Of a DNA stretch of 64,000 nucleotides, positions 30,244-40,267 are shown piece by piece. The translations under genes were made by a program, and so were the position numbers. This DNA comes from Geopsychrobacteraceae bacterium (GTDB lineage: Bacteria > Desulfobacterota > Desulfuromonadia > Desulfuromonadales > Geopsychrobacteraceae), in contig CAXXTB010000002.1 in the NCBI GenBank assembly GCA_963676795.2, forward strand, positions 1,664,001 to 1,728,000, read 5' to 3'. The stretch's first letter is position 1. The number at the start of each line of letters is the position of its first letter. The notes beneath the pieces were generated by a model. It was not told the DNA's origin and ran no database searches. It was given only the letters and a program-made list of their open reading frames with translations.

Positions 30244-31524
30244 ATGAACAACAAATCACTGCCCGTCCTTTTGACGAACCCCAATGTACTGATCATTGGC
30301 GGATCAAAGACAGCACTACTCAAAGCACAGGCTCTACAGAAAAATTCTCTGAAAATCAATATCGTTGCACCTGACGTTTGTGACGAACTGCGCTCAATTG
30401 CCACCAGAATTGACGAACGGAATTTCACGACAGAGGATCTACAAAACGTGGACCTGGTCATTGATGCAACCGGAAACAATCATGTCCTGCAACAACTCTT
30501 GGGCGCAAAACAAGACCACCAGTTCCTGCTTAACTGCTGCTCAAACAGACAGGCTAGCGATTTCTATCTTTGTGCACAAACCAATGTAGGCGATCTGAAG
30601 ATTTCAATTTCAACATGCGGCAGTAGTCCAACCATCAGCAGACTGGTACGAGATAAAATCGCCAGATTCATCCCTGCCGAGATCGAATTTCTGACCGACG
30701 AGAAAAACGCTGATCGCCTGGACGGACGCATCGATGTGCAGGAAACAGAACAGGAATGCCAAAAAGCCTTCCCGCAGGTCTACCTGATCGGTTGTGGCCC
30801 CGGAGATCCTGACCTGCTCACCCTGAAAGCCTACAAGCTGATCAAACAGGTTGATATTGTTCTGTACGATCACTTGCTGACCGATGAAATCCTGGAGCTG
30901 ATCCCTGAATCAACGGAAAAGATACCCGTCGGCAAACAAAAAGGTTGCCATAGTTACAAACAGGACGACATCAACGAACTCCTCTATCAGAAAGTCTTGC
31001 AGGGCCATACAATCGGCCGCCTCAAGTGCGGCGACCCCTACATCTTTGGCCGCGGTTCGGAAGAAGCGGAATATCTCACTCAACGTGATATTCGTGTCGA
31101 GGTTGTCAGTGGTATCAGCTCGGCAATCGCCGGCCCGGCCTGTGCCGGAATCCCTGCAACGGCACGCGGCTATGCAACTCACCTGTCTATCGTCTCAGCC
31201 CACCTGGCAGGCAATCACTTTAACGAGGAATGGTTCCCCCTGCTCAAGATCCAAAACCACACGACAGTCGTGCTTATGGGGCTGAGCTTTGCCCGTGAGA
31301 TCAGCATTGCAGCCCTGAAATCCGGCATATCACCAACGCTACCGGTAGCAATTGTCTCGAACGCGTCGCGACCAGATCAAAAAGTCATAGTGACCGATCT
31401 GCTCAATCTGCCAATCGCAGCTGAAAATGCCGAGCGCCCGGCGATATTGATCTTTGGTAACGTTGTCAATCTTCACCAGATCCTATCGGCCTCCGGTCAA
31501 ACAACCTACCGGCAGGCACTATGA
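30244..31524 (+). CDS. cysG: CysG-like fusion: SirC-type domain plus uroporphyrinogen-III C-methyltransferase
   Basis: N-terminal IIGGS...ISTCGSSP; C-terminal GCGPGDPDLLT, RLKCGDPYIFGRGSEE. Confidence 0.85.
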   Translation: MNNKSLPVLLTNPNVLIIGGSKTALLKAQALQKNSLKINIVAPDVCDELRSIATRIDERNFTTEDLQNVDLVIDATGNNHVLQQLLGAKQDHQFLLNCCSNRQASDFYLCAQTNVGDLKISISTCGSSPTISRLVRDKIARFIPAEIEFLTDEKNADRLDGRIDVQETEQECQKAFPQVYLIGCGPGDPDLLTLKAYKLIKQVDIVLYDHLLTDEILELIPESTEKIPVGKQKGCHSYKQDDINELLYQKVLQGHTIGRLKCGDPYIFGRGSEEAEYLTQRDIRVEVVSGISSAIAGPACAGIPATARGYATHLSIVSAHLAGNHFNEEWFPLLKIQNHTTVVLMGLSFAREISIAALKSGISPTLPVAIVSNASRPDQKVIVTDLLNLPIAAENAERPAILIFGNVVNLHQILSASGQTTYRQAL

Positions 31525-31541
31525 CCTGCTAACAACCATCA

Positions 31542-31578
31542 AGGAGATGTGGTTGCAATATCTACAACCACATCTCCT
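31542..31578 (+). terminator. Hairpin after cysG
   Basis: AGGAGATGTGGTTG / CAACCACATCTCCT, 14-bp stem; no clear U tract. Confidence 0.5.
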
Positions 31579-31622
31579 CATACGAAACAACCTTGCCTAA
31601 ACTCCAAAATGTGGATAGTATT

Positions 31623-31660
31623 TGTTAACACTAGCTTAATTATATGATCTAGTGTTAACA
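31623..31660. promoter_or_regulatory. Inverted repeat upstream of tetR, candidate autoregulatory operator
   Basis: TGTTAACACTAG-14bp-CTAGTGTTAACA. Confidence 0.6.
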
Positions 31661-31694
31661 TGTATGACACACTAAACTTTACGGAAGAATTTAA

Positions 31695-32438
31695 ATGGCA
31701 ATAAAAAGAAGGATGAACGGCGAGGAGAGAAAGCAGGCCATCAAAGAGGCAGCCCGCCGTGAATTTTCCATGAAAGGCTACTATGGCGCTTCGATGCGCG
31801 ATATTGCCCGCGCGGCTCAGATTTCAGAATCTCTGATCTACCAGCATTTCACCAATAAGGAAGAACTCTACAAGGAAGCATATTTTTATCTGGACGACCA
31901 GGTTGATGCTCTCTGTGAATTCCTCGGCAGCCTTGAACCATCGACCGAAACCCTGGTTAAAATCATCTACTCGTTGTCTTTAATGATCCTGACAGAAGTT
32001 CCAGGTCATTCAGATGATCAGAAGATCTTCGAGAGGCTGCTCACCTACAGTCTTCTTGAAAATGCAGATTTTGCCCAGGCAACCTTCCATAAATATGAAA
32101 CCGACCTGCTGCCGATATGGAATGCCTGCTACGAAAAAGCCTATGAAGCTGGTGACCTGCATGAACAACTGGTCTTCCCAGGCAATAAACTCTGGTTCAC
32201 CCACCATCTGGCAATGGCCATCCGCATTCTGCACATGGCCGGAGTCAAGCTGTTCAATTACGCCGGAGATGAGAGTTCCCTGATCGATTCGATGGTGACC
32301 TATGTACTTCGTGGCACCGGACTAACCGATGAAGCTGTCAAGAAGTATGCTCACTCAGAAGCCCTCAACAACCTACTGAACGAAATCTTTGGCCCCAAAG
32401 AGCCGACTGAAAAAAATATACGCTTCCTGCGCTATTAA
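31695..32438 (+). CDS. TetR/AcrR family regulator
   Basis: F..KGYYGASMRDIARAAQISESLIYQHFTNKEELY HTH. Confidence 0.93.
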   Translation: MAIKRRMNGEERKQAIKEAARREFSMKGYYGASMRDIARAAQISESLIYQHFTNKEELYKEAYFYLDDQVDALCEFLGSLEPSTETLVKIIYSLSLMILTEVPGHSDDQKIFERLLTYSLLENADFAQATFHKYETDLLPIWNACYEKAYEAGDLHEQLVFPGNKLWFTHHLAMAIRILHMAGVKLFNYAGDESSLIDSMVTYVLRGTGLTDEAVKKYAHSEALNNLLNEIFGPKEPTEKNIRFLRY

Positions 32439-32469
32439 TTCTCCGGCAGCTTCATATAGTTTTATGCCC

Positions 32470-32508
32470 AAAAGCCGCAAGACAAACTACGAAGTCTTAC
32501 GGCTTTTT
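32470..32508 (+). terminator. Probable intrinsic terminator after tetR
   Basis: AAAAGCCGCAAGAC...GTCTTACGGCTTTTT. Confidence 0.6.
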
Positions 32509-32816
32509 GTTATTCCTTTCATACCCTGCAGAGACTCATCACAGCCCCTCATCCATAAACTTCGCCAATCTCCTGAAGCACTCCAAGTCTTGAAGTATAC
32601 TTGTATCAAAATCTGCATGAGTCTCTAATTTTTCCAAACCAGACCCACCACACCACACAACGACTCCTGACGCATAAGATCATTTTCACTACCCATATTG
32701 CGAAATTATACGCACCCATTTCCCTACTTCTTTTATCGGCTAAGTCACATTAAATCAATACGATATCCTTCAAAATTTTTTTCTTGATTTTTAAAATGAA
32801 CACATGTTTACTTTGC

Positions 32817-32870
32817 TGAACGTTCACTCAGTTAAGAGAACGTTCGCTTATGTCGCACAACGTTTACTTA
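32817..32870 (+). promoter_or_regulatory. Three direct repeats AACGTTYRCTYA with 20-bp period
   Basis: Copies begin at 32819, 32839 and 32859, upstream of the corrinoid gene. Confidence 0.6.
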
Positions 32871-32968
32871 AGACTTGTGTTCGCTACCCGGATACGATTG
32901 AATTTCGTTTTCGTCACTTACCCCTGGAATGAACGGCCATGGAATATGGCTGAAAGAAAGGAGAAACG

Positions 32969-33598
32969 ATGGACAAGCAAACCCTGATTGATGCAATTGC
33001 CGACCTGGATGATGAGGTCGCAATCGAACAAGTCAAAAGCATGATCGAAGCTGGCGTCTCTGGAGTTGAAATTCTCGAGTACTGCCAGGCTGCGATGGAA
33101 GAAGTCGGTAATCGCTATACCCGCGAGGAATACTATGTATCCGACCTTATGATGTCCGGTGAAATCTTCACCGACATCTGCGCCATCCTGGAAGAAGCAT
33201 TTCCGGCGGCCGAAGGTTCTACCAAGGCAGGAACCATTGTCATGGGCACCGTCAAAGGCGATATCCACGATATCGGCAAAGATATCGTTGTCAATATGCT
33301 CAGAGCTGCAAACTTTGAAGTCATCGATCTTGGCGTCGATGTTCCACCACAGAAGTTTATCGATGCTGTCAGGGAATCTGGTGCCACGATCGTTGGCATG
33401 TCAGGTCTGCTCACCCTCGCCTTCGACTCCATGAAAGAAACAATTGAGCTCCTGAAGCAGGAAGGTCTGCGTGAAAGTGTCAAGGTCATGATCGGAGGAG
33501 GTCCGGTCGATGCCAATGTCTGCAATCTGGTTGGTGCTGACGACTGGTCGACCAACGCACAGAAGCCTGTTGAATTTGCCAAGAAATGGGCTGCTTAA
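32969..33598 (+). CDS. Methyltransferase corrinoid protein 1
   Basis: Cap domain plus GDIHDIGK (DxHxxG), DLGVDV, SGLLT, IGGG. Confidence 0.95.
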   Translation: MDKQTLIDAIADLDDEVAIEQVKSMIEAGVSGVEILEYCQAAMEEVGNRYTREEYYVSDLMMSGEIFTDICAILEEAFPAAEGSTKAGTIVMGTVKGDIHDIGKDIVVNMLRAANFEVIDLGVDVPPQKFIDAVRESGATIVGMSGLLTLAFDSMKETIELLKQEGLRESVKVMIGGGPVDANVCNLVGADDWSTNAQKPVEFAKKWAA

Positions 33599-33622
33599 GC
33601 GCCTGTCACCGAGGAGGTCCAA

Positions 33623-34762
33623 ATGTCTAAAAACAAAGAACAGCTTTATGCTGAACGCGCTCAGCGCATTCAACAGGCCATCAAATTTGAAAAGAATGAT
33701 CGTGTCCCCTTCCTGTTTTCCGGTCCAGGCTATGCTCCGAAATCTCAGGGGCTGTCCCAGGCCCAATTCTGCTGCAACCCGGATGCAGCCCTGAAGGCAT
33801 CGCTTGATGCGATGGATGCACTCAATGCTGTAGCAGAGGTCGATGGCATCAACACGACCCAGGCTGGCTGCTTCCCCTGCCTGCTCACCGAGCAGTTCTG
33901 GAGCAAGGTATCGGTTCCAGGCTATGAGCTGCCGGAAGATGAGCTCTATCAGGTCAAAGAAGAAGAAATCATGAAGGTCGAAGATTATGATTTCATCATC
34001 GAAAACGGCTGGGAGGCCTTTGTTGAGAAAATCCGTCCACAGATTCACAACCAGGAGCTCTGGACCATTCACCAGGAATGGATGCAGAAAAACGTACCGA
34101 CCCTCAAGCAGCGCTATCAGGAACGCGGTTACTACGCGGTCTGCTGTGCCGTCACCGAACATCCCTTCGAAGCGGTCTCAGGTGGTCGCTCAATGAGCAA
34201 ATTTTTCCGCGACTGCTACAAGATGCCGGAAAAAGTCAAAAAAGTTCTTGAGATGGGCATGGACTACTGGGTCAACATCGGCACCCAGATCCCTGAAATC
34301 ACCGGTATCCCGGGTGTCTGGGCCGGTGGATGGCGCATTGCCCCATCGTTCTGCAATCCCAAACTGTTCAACGAGTTCGCCTGGCCTCTTTACAAGCAAC
34401 TGATCGAGCGGGTTTCAGCTGCCGGAGTCACCTGCGTGCTTCACGTTGACGCCAACTGGGATCGTGAAATTCATCGTTTCCTCGAATTCCCGAAACACAG
34501 CTGTATCGTTTCAACCGATGGTCAGACCGACATCCGCAAGGCCCGCGAAAAAATTGGCGATCATCTTGCCTTCATGGGCGATGTCCCGGCCTCAGTTCTC
34601 GCCATGGGCACTCCGCAAGACGTCCGCAACTATGTCAAAAACCTGATCAACGATCTGGGCAAAGACGGTCTGATCATGAATACCGGCTGCGATATGCCAT
34701 TTAACACGCCAAAAGCGAATGCTGAAGCATACGTCCTGGCAACGCACGAATTCGGGTCCTGA
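33623..34762 (+). CDS. UroD/MetE-superfamily protein, putative corrinoid methyltransferase
   Basis: DRVP, D.YK.PEKV, LHVD, MGDVP..L..GTP, GCDMP; no HemE MRQAGR motif. Confidence 0.8.
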   Translation: MSKNKEQLYAERAQRIQQAIKFEKNDRVPFLFSGPGYAPKSQGLSQAQFCCNPDAALKASLDAMDALNAVAEVDGINTTQAGCFPCLLTEQFWSKVSVPGYELPEDELYQVKEEEIMKVEDYDFIIENGWEAFVEKIRPQIHNQELWTIHQEWMQKNVPTLKQRYQERGYYAVCCAVTEHPFEAVSGGRSMSKFFRDCYKMPEKVKKVLEMGMDYWVNIGTQIPEITGIPGVWAGGWRIAPSFCNPKLFNEFAWPLYKQLIERVSAAGVTCVLHVDANWDREIHRFLEFPKHSCIVSTDGQTDIRKAREKIGDHLAFMGDVPASVLAMGTPQDVRNYVKNLINDLGKDGLIMNTGCDMPFNTPKANAEAYVLATHEFGS

Positions 34763-34781
34763 CCCGCTTTTATTGACATGA

Positions 34782-34809
34782 GCCCATTCCCCGCTTACGG
34801 GGAATGGGC
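34782..34809 (+). repeat. Intercistronic 12-bp hairpin
   Basis: GCCCATTCCCCG-CTTA-CGGGGAATGGGC; no U tract. Confidence 0.6.
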
Positions 34810-34843
34810 ATGCAAAACACATGGCACGAAAAGGACTTCAATA

Positions 34844-35848
34844 ATGAACGTTTCAGAATTCACACAACAGATTCTCAACAACCCCAAAGTTCAAGCCTTG
34901 CCGGTTATGACCTACCCGGGCCTCGATCTGACCGGGATCAAACTGCATGACGTCGTGACCAAGGCTGAGCCCCAGGCAGAAATGATTTCAGCGCTGGCTA
35001 AAAAATACAAGGCCCTCGGCTCGGTCACCCTGATGGATCTGTCAGTTGAAGCCGAAGCTTTTGGCGCCAAGATCATCTTCCCGGAAGACGAGATCCCTGC
35101 GGCAATTGGCGCCCTGGTCACCGACCTTGAATCAGCAGAAGCCCTCTGCGTTCCCAAAGTCGTAGGAACCCGGTGTGCAGAATATGTCAAAGGGATGCAA
35201 CTGGCCAAAGAGGCGGTTCCAGATCGTCCCGTTTTTGGCGGCTGTATCGGTTCTTTCTCACTGGCCGGGCGCCTGCTCGACATCAACAAGGCCCTGATGG
35301 CGACGCGGCGGCGCCCTGAGGTTGTCCATGCCGTACTTAAAAAAGCCAATGAATTCCTGAAAGTCTACATAGGGGCGATCAAGGAAACGGGGATAGCCGG
35401 TGTCGTCATGGCCGAACCGTTGGCCGGGTTGCTCTCACCAGCCAGCATCGAAGAATTTTCAACACCTTACGTCACCGAGCTGGTTGAAGAATTCCAGGAT
35501 GAAAATTTCGGCATCATCCTTCACAACTGCGGAAACACCGTCAAGCAGATCGAATCGATGCTGAAAACCGGCGCCTTTATGCTGCATATCGGCAACATCG
35601 TCAAAATGACCGATATCATGCCCCAGGTTCCAAAGCATATCCTGGTTGCCGGCAACATCGACCCTGCCGGCCTGTTTAATGTCGGAACTCCGGATATGGT
35701 TGGTGAAGCAACGGCTAAACTGCTCGATGAAATGAAGGATTACCCAAACTTCATTCTGTCATCCGGCTGCGACATTCCACCGAAATCTCCCATTGAGAAC
35801 ATCGATCGTTTTTTTGCTGAGCTGGATAAATTCAACGCGGATCGGTAA
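34844..35848 (+). CDS. MtaA/CmuA-family methylcobamide methyltransferase (Zn-binding)
   Basis: DLSVEAEAFG, HNCG (HxC), GNIDP, SSGCDIP. Start moved to 34844. Confidence 0.85.
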   Translation: MNVSEFTQQILNNPKVQALPVMTYPGLDLTGIKLHDVVTKAEPQAEMISALAKKYKALGSVTLMDLSVEAEAFGAKIIFPEDEIPAAIGALVTDLESAEALCVPKVVGTRCAEYVKGMQLAKEAVPDRPVFGGCIGSFSLAGRLLDINKALMATRRRPEVVHAVLKKANEFLKVYIGAIKETGIAGVVMAEPLAGLLSPASIEEFSTPYVTELVEEFQDENFGIILHNCGNTVKQIESMLKTGAFMLHIGNIVKMTDIMPQVPKHILVAGNIDPAGLFNVGTPDMVGEATAKLLDEMKDYPNFILSSGCDIPPKSPIENIDRFFAELDKFNADR

Positions 35849-37510
35849 ATGAGCGACAAAGAACTCATAACCTTCTTACCGTCCGGGATCAGTGTAGAAA
35901 CCGATCCCGGTCGCACACTGATGGCCCTGGCCAGAGACAACGGACTGTGGCTTGAGTCAGCCTGTGGCGGATCAGGACGCTGTCGATCCTGTCTGGTCAA
36001 GGTCTGCGGTGATGACGCACCTGAGCCATCCGCCAGTGAAAAGCGCGACTTAAGCGAAGAAGAACTGCAGCAGGGCTGGAGAAGATCTTGCTCAACGATA
36101 ATGACCCGCGCCTGCACCGTGCTACTGCCATGCCACAACCAAAACCCGGAAAAGAGCCATCAGGAGCAGTCGCCCTCAGACCTGACCGCCATCATGGACC
36201 AACTAGTCTCATGGGACCAGCAGCTGCAAGGCTGGGTGGATGTCAGTGGCCGGGTCTATTCGAATAAAAAGTCAGCACCGCTAGGAATCGCCCTTGATCT
36301 GGGAACGACCAATCTGTCGATGATGTTGATAGACCTTGCCACAGGCATGATCATCGGCAAGTCAGGGCTAACCAACCCGCAGGTCTATTACGGCGCCGAT
36401 GTCATCAGCCGTATGGACTTTGCCAAGAGTCATGAGGATGGCATCTTTCAGCTACAGGATGCCGTAGTCAGTGCAATCGACAAAATGGCCAGAGCTCTGG
36501 CTGGTGATCGCCAGGAGGATATCTGCGCCATTGCCGTGGCTGGCAATACGGTCATGCACCATCTGCTTCATGGTTTGTCGATCGAAAAACTCGCCTGCGC
36601 TCCCTACACTCCCGAGGTGACTCGCTCACTGGAAATTCCGGCAGAAAAGCTCGGGCTTCATTTTGCTCCTGACGCAACTATCTACACACCGCCAAATGTC
36701 GCCGGCTTTGTCGGTGGCGATCACATAGCGGCCCTGTGCGATGTCATGTCAAAGACCCGCGAATCTTGCTGGGCGATGATCGACATCGGCACCAACAGTG
36801 AAATCGCCCTTTATCTCGATGGCAAGATTTACAGTGCGTCCTGCGCCTCTGGTCCAGCTCTCGAAGGGGGCCATATCAGCTGCGGCATGCGGGCGAAGGC
36901 TGGAGCCATTGAGCATGTCCTGCTGCAGGATGAATCCCTGTCACTGTCAACAATCGATGACCAGCGGCCTATTGGCCTGTGCGGTTCAGGGATCATCTCG
37001 ATAACAGCCAATCTCAGTCGCAACGGTCTGATTGACAAAAGAGGCCGGCTGCAACTGAAATCAGCCCATATTCGTGAAACGGCAAGCAGTCGCGAATTTG
37101 TCCTCTATGACCAGCAACAAGAATCCCTGCCCGTGGTGTTCTCTCAGCGAGATGTCAGAGCTGTGCAACTGGCGAAAGGAGCCATTATGACAGGACTGAG
37201 TCTACTGCTGGAGAAAGCCGGAATTGAAACTGGACAACTCGATGCACTCTATATCGCCGGAACATTTGGCGTATTTATCGATCTGGACGAAGCGATAGAC
37301 ATCGGCATGCTGCCCGACATGGAACACTCAAAGATTCACCAGATAGGCAACGCAGCGCAGCACGGTATTGCCCGCCTGCTTACCAGCCACCTCCTGCGTA
37401 AAGGCTTCGAAACCCTGTCGCAGAACATTGAATATGTCGAACTGGCCTCACAGCCCGGATTTCAGAAAACCTTTATTCGCTGCAATCAATTTCAACCAGG
37501 TGCGCAATGA
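35849..37510 (+). CDS. RACE/RamA-like ATP-dependent corrinoid activator (2Fe-2S plus ASKHA)
   Basis: CGGSGRCRSC, DLGTT, GADVISR, DIGTNSE, GPALEG, QLAKGAI, GNAA. Confidence 0.92.
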   Translation: MSDKELITFLPSGISVETDPGRTLMALARDNGLWLESACGGSGRCRSCLVKVCGDDAPEPSASEKRDLSEEELQQGWRRSCSTIMTRACTVLLPCHNQNPEKSHQEQSPSDLTAIMDQLVSWDQQLQGWVDVSGRVYSNKKSAPLGIALDLGTTNLSMMLIDLATGMIIGKSGLTNPQVYYGADVISRMDFAKSHEDGIFQLQDAVVSAIDKMARALAGDRQEDICAIAVAGNTVMHHLLHGLSIEKLACAPYTPEVTRSLEIPAEKLGLHFAPDATIYTPPNVAGFVGGDHIAALCDVMSKTRESCWAMIDIGTNSEIALYLDGKIYSASCASGPALEGGHISCGMRAKAGAIEHVLLQDESLSLSTIDDQRPIGLCGSGIISITANLSRNGLIDKRGRLQLKSAHIRETASSREFVLYDQQQESLPVVFSQRDVRAVQLAKGAIMTGLSLLLEKAGIETGQLDALYIAGTFGVFIDLDEAIDIGMLPDMEHSKIHQIGNAAQHGIARLLTSHLLRKGFETLSQNIEYVELASQPGFQKTFIRCNQFQPGAQ

Positions 37511-37671
37511 ACAACAGATCATCAAACATCATTGCCAGCATGGTACTGGAGCATTTTTTCGGCGTCATGATGCCAGAACGCATGAAACGCAACATGGTGG
37601 TAACTGAACCCGCAGAACCGATTTCACTGAAACGAATCTTAGCAACTCAGAAAGGGACAGGGCTTAACTGA
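37507..37671 (+). CDS. Putative 54-aa small protein
   Basis: MNNRSSNIIASMVLEHFFGVMMPERMKRNMVVTEPAEPISLKRILATQKGTGLN; ATGA overlap with RACE stop and TGATG overlap with next start. Confidence 0.55.
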   Translation: MNNRSSNIIASMVLEHFFGVMMPERMKRNMVVTEPAEPISLKRILATQKGTGLN

Positions 37672-38780
37672 TGTCATACTTCAGCGACAAAATTCCGGTC
37701 ACAATTATTACCGGCTTTCTTGGCAGTGGCAAAACGACACTGCTGAACAAACTCCTGAAAACCGGCCAGATGGAAAATTGTCTGGTGCTCATCAACGAAT
37801 ATGGTGACGTGGCCATTGATCATCTCATCACCCAACAGTTAACTGATGATGTCGTGCTCCTGGAGTCAGGCTGCGTCTGCTGCACCTTAAGAGGAGAATT
37901 TCAGGTTACGCTCCTGGACCTTTATGCCCAACGCGATGCAGAGGTGATACCTCCATTCGATCATATCATTATTGAGACAACTGGCCTGGCTGATCCTGCA
38001 CCTATCGCTCAGATTCTAATGACCGACAAACTGGTCATGGAGGAATTCTACCTGAACGGAGTGATCTGCCTGGTCGATTCTGTTCTTGGCCAGAAAACCA
38101 GCGACAGCAATGCTATCTGGCAAAAGCAGGTCCTGTTGGCAGACCTGCTGGTCCTCACCAAACAGGATCTGACTGATGACAAAAGCTCAGCAGTACTCAA
38201 ATCTCAGCTCAAAAAACTAAATTCCCACGCCAGACAATTACAGGCAGCTCAAATTTGTGGCCCAGAAGATCTTTATATCGCTTCCGAGCACCCCTCAACC
38301 TCACGCCAGCTGAGCCTGGGCTTTACAGATCTCCAGGGCCACAACCAGGATTTTGATAAAGCACGATGCACCGAGATTGAGCAGCCTGAAGACGACTACC
38401 ACTGCTCCCATGAACACCACCACGACTGTGACTGTCACCATAATCACGTACAGACCGGACACGACGCCGATATCAGCAGTCTGACAATTTACCCAGAGCA
38501 GGTAAATAGCGTCGAATCGCTGCTCGAAACCCTTGAAGACCTGGTCTTCGACACCGGGGACAACATCCTTCGAATCAAAGGGATTGTCAGAATTGAAGAC
38601 AATCCCAACCCTGTACTCGTTCACGGCGTTCAGAACATTTTTCATCCATTCGTAGAACTTGACGAATGGCCGGATAACGACCAGACGAACAGGCTCGTAT
38701 TCATCGGCCACAACCTGGACAGACAAATTATAGAAAAGAGCCTGTCGGTGTTCTCTTCAGCAGGGATCCATTTGGCCTGA
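37671..38780 (+). CDS. COG0523/CobW-family GTPase metallochaperone
   Basis: GFLGSGKTT, NEYG, GCVCC, ETTGLADP, His-rich linker, RIKG. Confidence 0.93.
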   Translation: MSYFSDKIPVTIITGFLGSGKTTLLNKLLKTGQMENCLVLINEYGDVAIDHLITQQLTDDVVLLESGCVCCTLRGEFQVTLLDLYAQRDAEVIPPFDHIIIETTGLADPAPIAQILMTDKLVMEEFYLNGVICLVDSVLGQKTSDSNAIWQKQVLLADLLVLTKQDLTDDKSSAVLKSQLKKLNSHARQLQAAQICGPEDLYIASEHPSTSRQLSLGFTDLQGHNQDFDKARCTEIEQPEDDYHCSHEHHHDCDCHHNHVQTGHDADISSLTIYPEQVNSVESLLETLEDLVFDTGDNILRIKGIVRIEDNPNPVLVHGVQNIFHPFVELDEWPDNDQTNRLVFIGHNLDRQIIEKSLSVFSSAGIHLA

Positions 38781-38788
38781 ATTTAAAA

Positions 38789-38822
38789 TGAACGTTTACT
38801 TAAATGACTAAGTGTTCACTCT
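38789..38822 (+). promoter_or_regulatory. Two copies of the 32.8-kb repeat, 20-bp period
   Basis: AACGTTTACTTA at 38791 and AGTGTTCACTCT at 38811. Confidence 0.5.
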
Positions 38823-38944
38823 TATCGACAAAAGACTGAAAGGAGGAAACAGAGCTCAACAATCGGCATTTCTGTTCTGCCACGACATTTCAACGCATTA
38901 TTTTTATTCAACTAACAGATTTTGTTTAGAAAAGGAGAACCATT

Positions 38945-40219
38945 ATGGCTGGTGGCGTCGCCGCAGTTAAAAAGGACAATTCATCTTTACCGACACAGAA
39001 GTGGGACACAAAATACGAGTGGAAGGCCATTCTACTCTTAGCGCTGGCATTCGGATTCGTCGGTGTAGACCGCTTCATGATCATGCCGATCTTCCCGCTC
39101 ATGGCGGAAGAACTCGGCCTTGATTATGGGGCTATCGGCATCATTGGCGGTGCACTCTCTTTAGCATGGGGCCTGTCTTCGTTCTTTACCGGTGGCTTGG
39201 CTGACAAAGTCGGCCGTAAAAAAGTCATTATCCCTTCAATCATTGTTTTCAGTCTTCTGGCCGGTGTCAGTGGCCTGGCCCACAGCATGATCAGCCTGGT
39301 CATGATCCGTGCTTTGATCGGTGTTTCCGAAGGCGCATTTACTCCGGCGGGGATCATTGCAACTGTTGAAGCCTCTAAACCTTCCCGCCAGGGTCTCAAC
39401 ATCGGCTTGCAGCAGATGGCTATGCCACTTCTGGGGATGGGACTGGCTCCAATCTTTGTCGGCTGGCTGTTGAGCATGGGCCTGCACTGGCGCTGGGCTT
39501 TTGCTCTGGTTACCATCCCGGGCATTATCGTCGCCCTGTTCATGGCCAAGGTCCTGCGTGACGTTAAACCTCAGGAATTGGCAGCACATACAGCTGACCA
39601 CGACGTCAAAAAACACAAGTTTACCGATGTCTTCAAATACAAAAATGTTCCGCTGAATATTCTGATCGTCATGGGCTGGCTTGCCTGTGAAATCACCCTG
39701 GCAATCCTGCTGCCAAGCTACCTGATCGATGTTCTCGGTCTGACCAAAGGTCAGATGATTTTTGTCCTCACAGCATTCGGTTTTGGCGCAGCCCTGGGTA
39801 CCGTTGTTCTGCCTGGTGTATCCGACTTTATCGGCCGCAAAAAAATGGCACTTATTGGCGGCGTATTACTGTTGGTCTTCACCTACCTGTTGAAAACAGC
39901 CGGCCCTAACCCGGGTGCCCTCTTCGGAATCCTGTTCATGCTGACCTTCTTCAGCCAGGGACTGATCGGCCTGACTGTTGGTCCAATGGCAGCCGAGTCT
40001 GTACCACCAACCCTGATGGCTTCTTCTACCGGTGTCACCATCGGTATCGGTGAGATCTTCGGCGGCGGTTGTATCCCGATCATCGGCGGTTTCGTTGCCA
40101 AGAGCTTCGGCCTGCCAAGCATTTTCATCATCTGCCTGATTGGACCGGTAGTCGGCATTGTTCTTTCCTTGCTTGTCAAGGAGACTGCTCCAAGGATCTT
40201 GGCAAAAAAAGGCGCTTAA
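38945..40219 (+). CDS. MFS transporter
   Basis: About 12 TM helices; GGLADKVGRK and SDFIGRK motif A. Confidence 0.92.
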   Translation: MAGGVAAVKKDNSSLPTQKWDTKYEWKAILLLALAFGFVGVDRFMIMPIFPLMAEELGLDYGAIGIIGGALSLAWGLSSFFTGGLADKVGRKKVIIPSIIVFSLLAGVSGLAHSMISLVMIRALIGVSEGAFTPAGIIATVEASKPSRQGLNIGLQQMAMPLLGMGLAPIFVGWLLSMGLHWRWAFALVTIPGIIVALFMAKVLRDVKPQELAAHTADHDVKKHKFTDVFKYKNVPLNILIVMGWLACEITLAILLPSYLIDVLGLTKGQMIFVLTAFGFGAALGTVVLPGVSDFIGRKKMALIGGVLLLVFTYLLKTAGPNPGALFGILFMLTFFSQGLIGLTVGPMAAESVPPTLMASSTGVTIGIGEIFGGGCIPIIGGFVAKSFGLPSIFIICLIGPVVGIVLSLLVKETAPRILAKKGA

Positions 40220-40238
40220 GCTGCCCTTAAGGCCCATC

Positions 40239-40267
40239 AAGGCGAGACAACTTAGCTGTCTCGCCTT
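40239..40267 (+). terminator. Hairpin after MFS gene
   Basis: AAGGCGAGACA / TGTCTCGCCTT. Confidence 0.55.
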
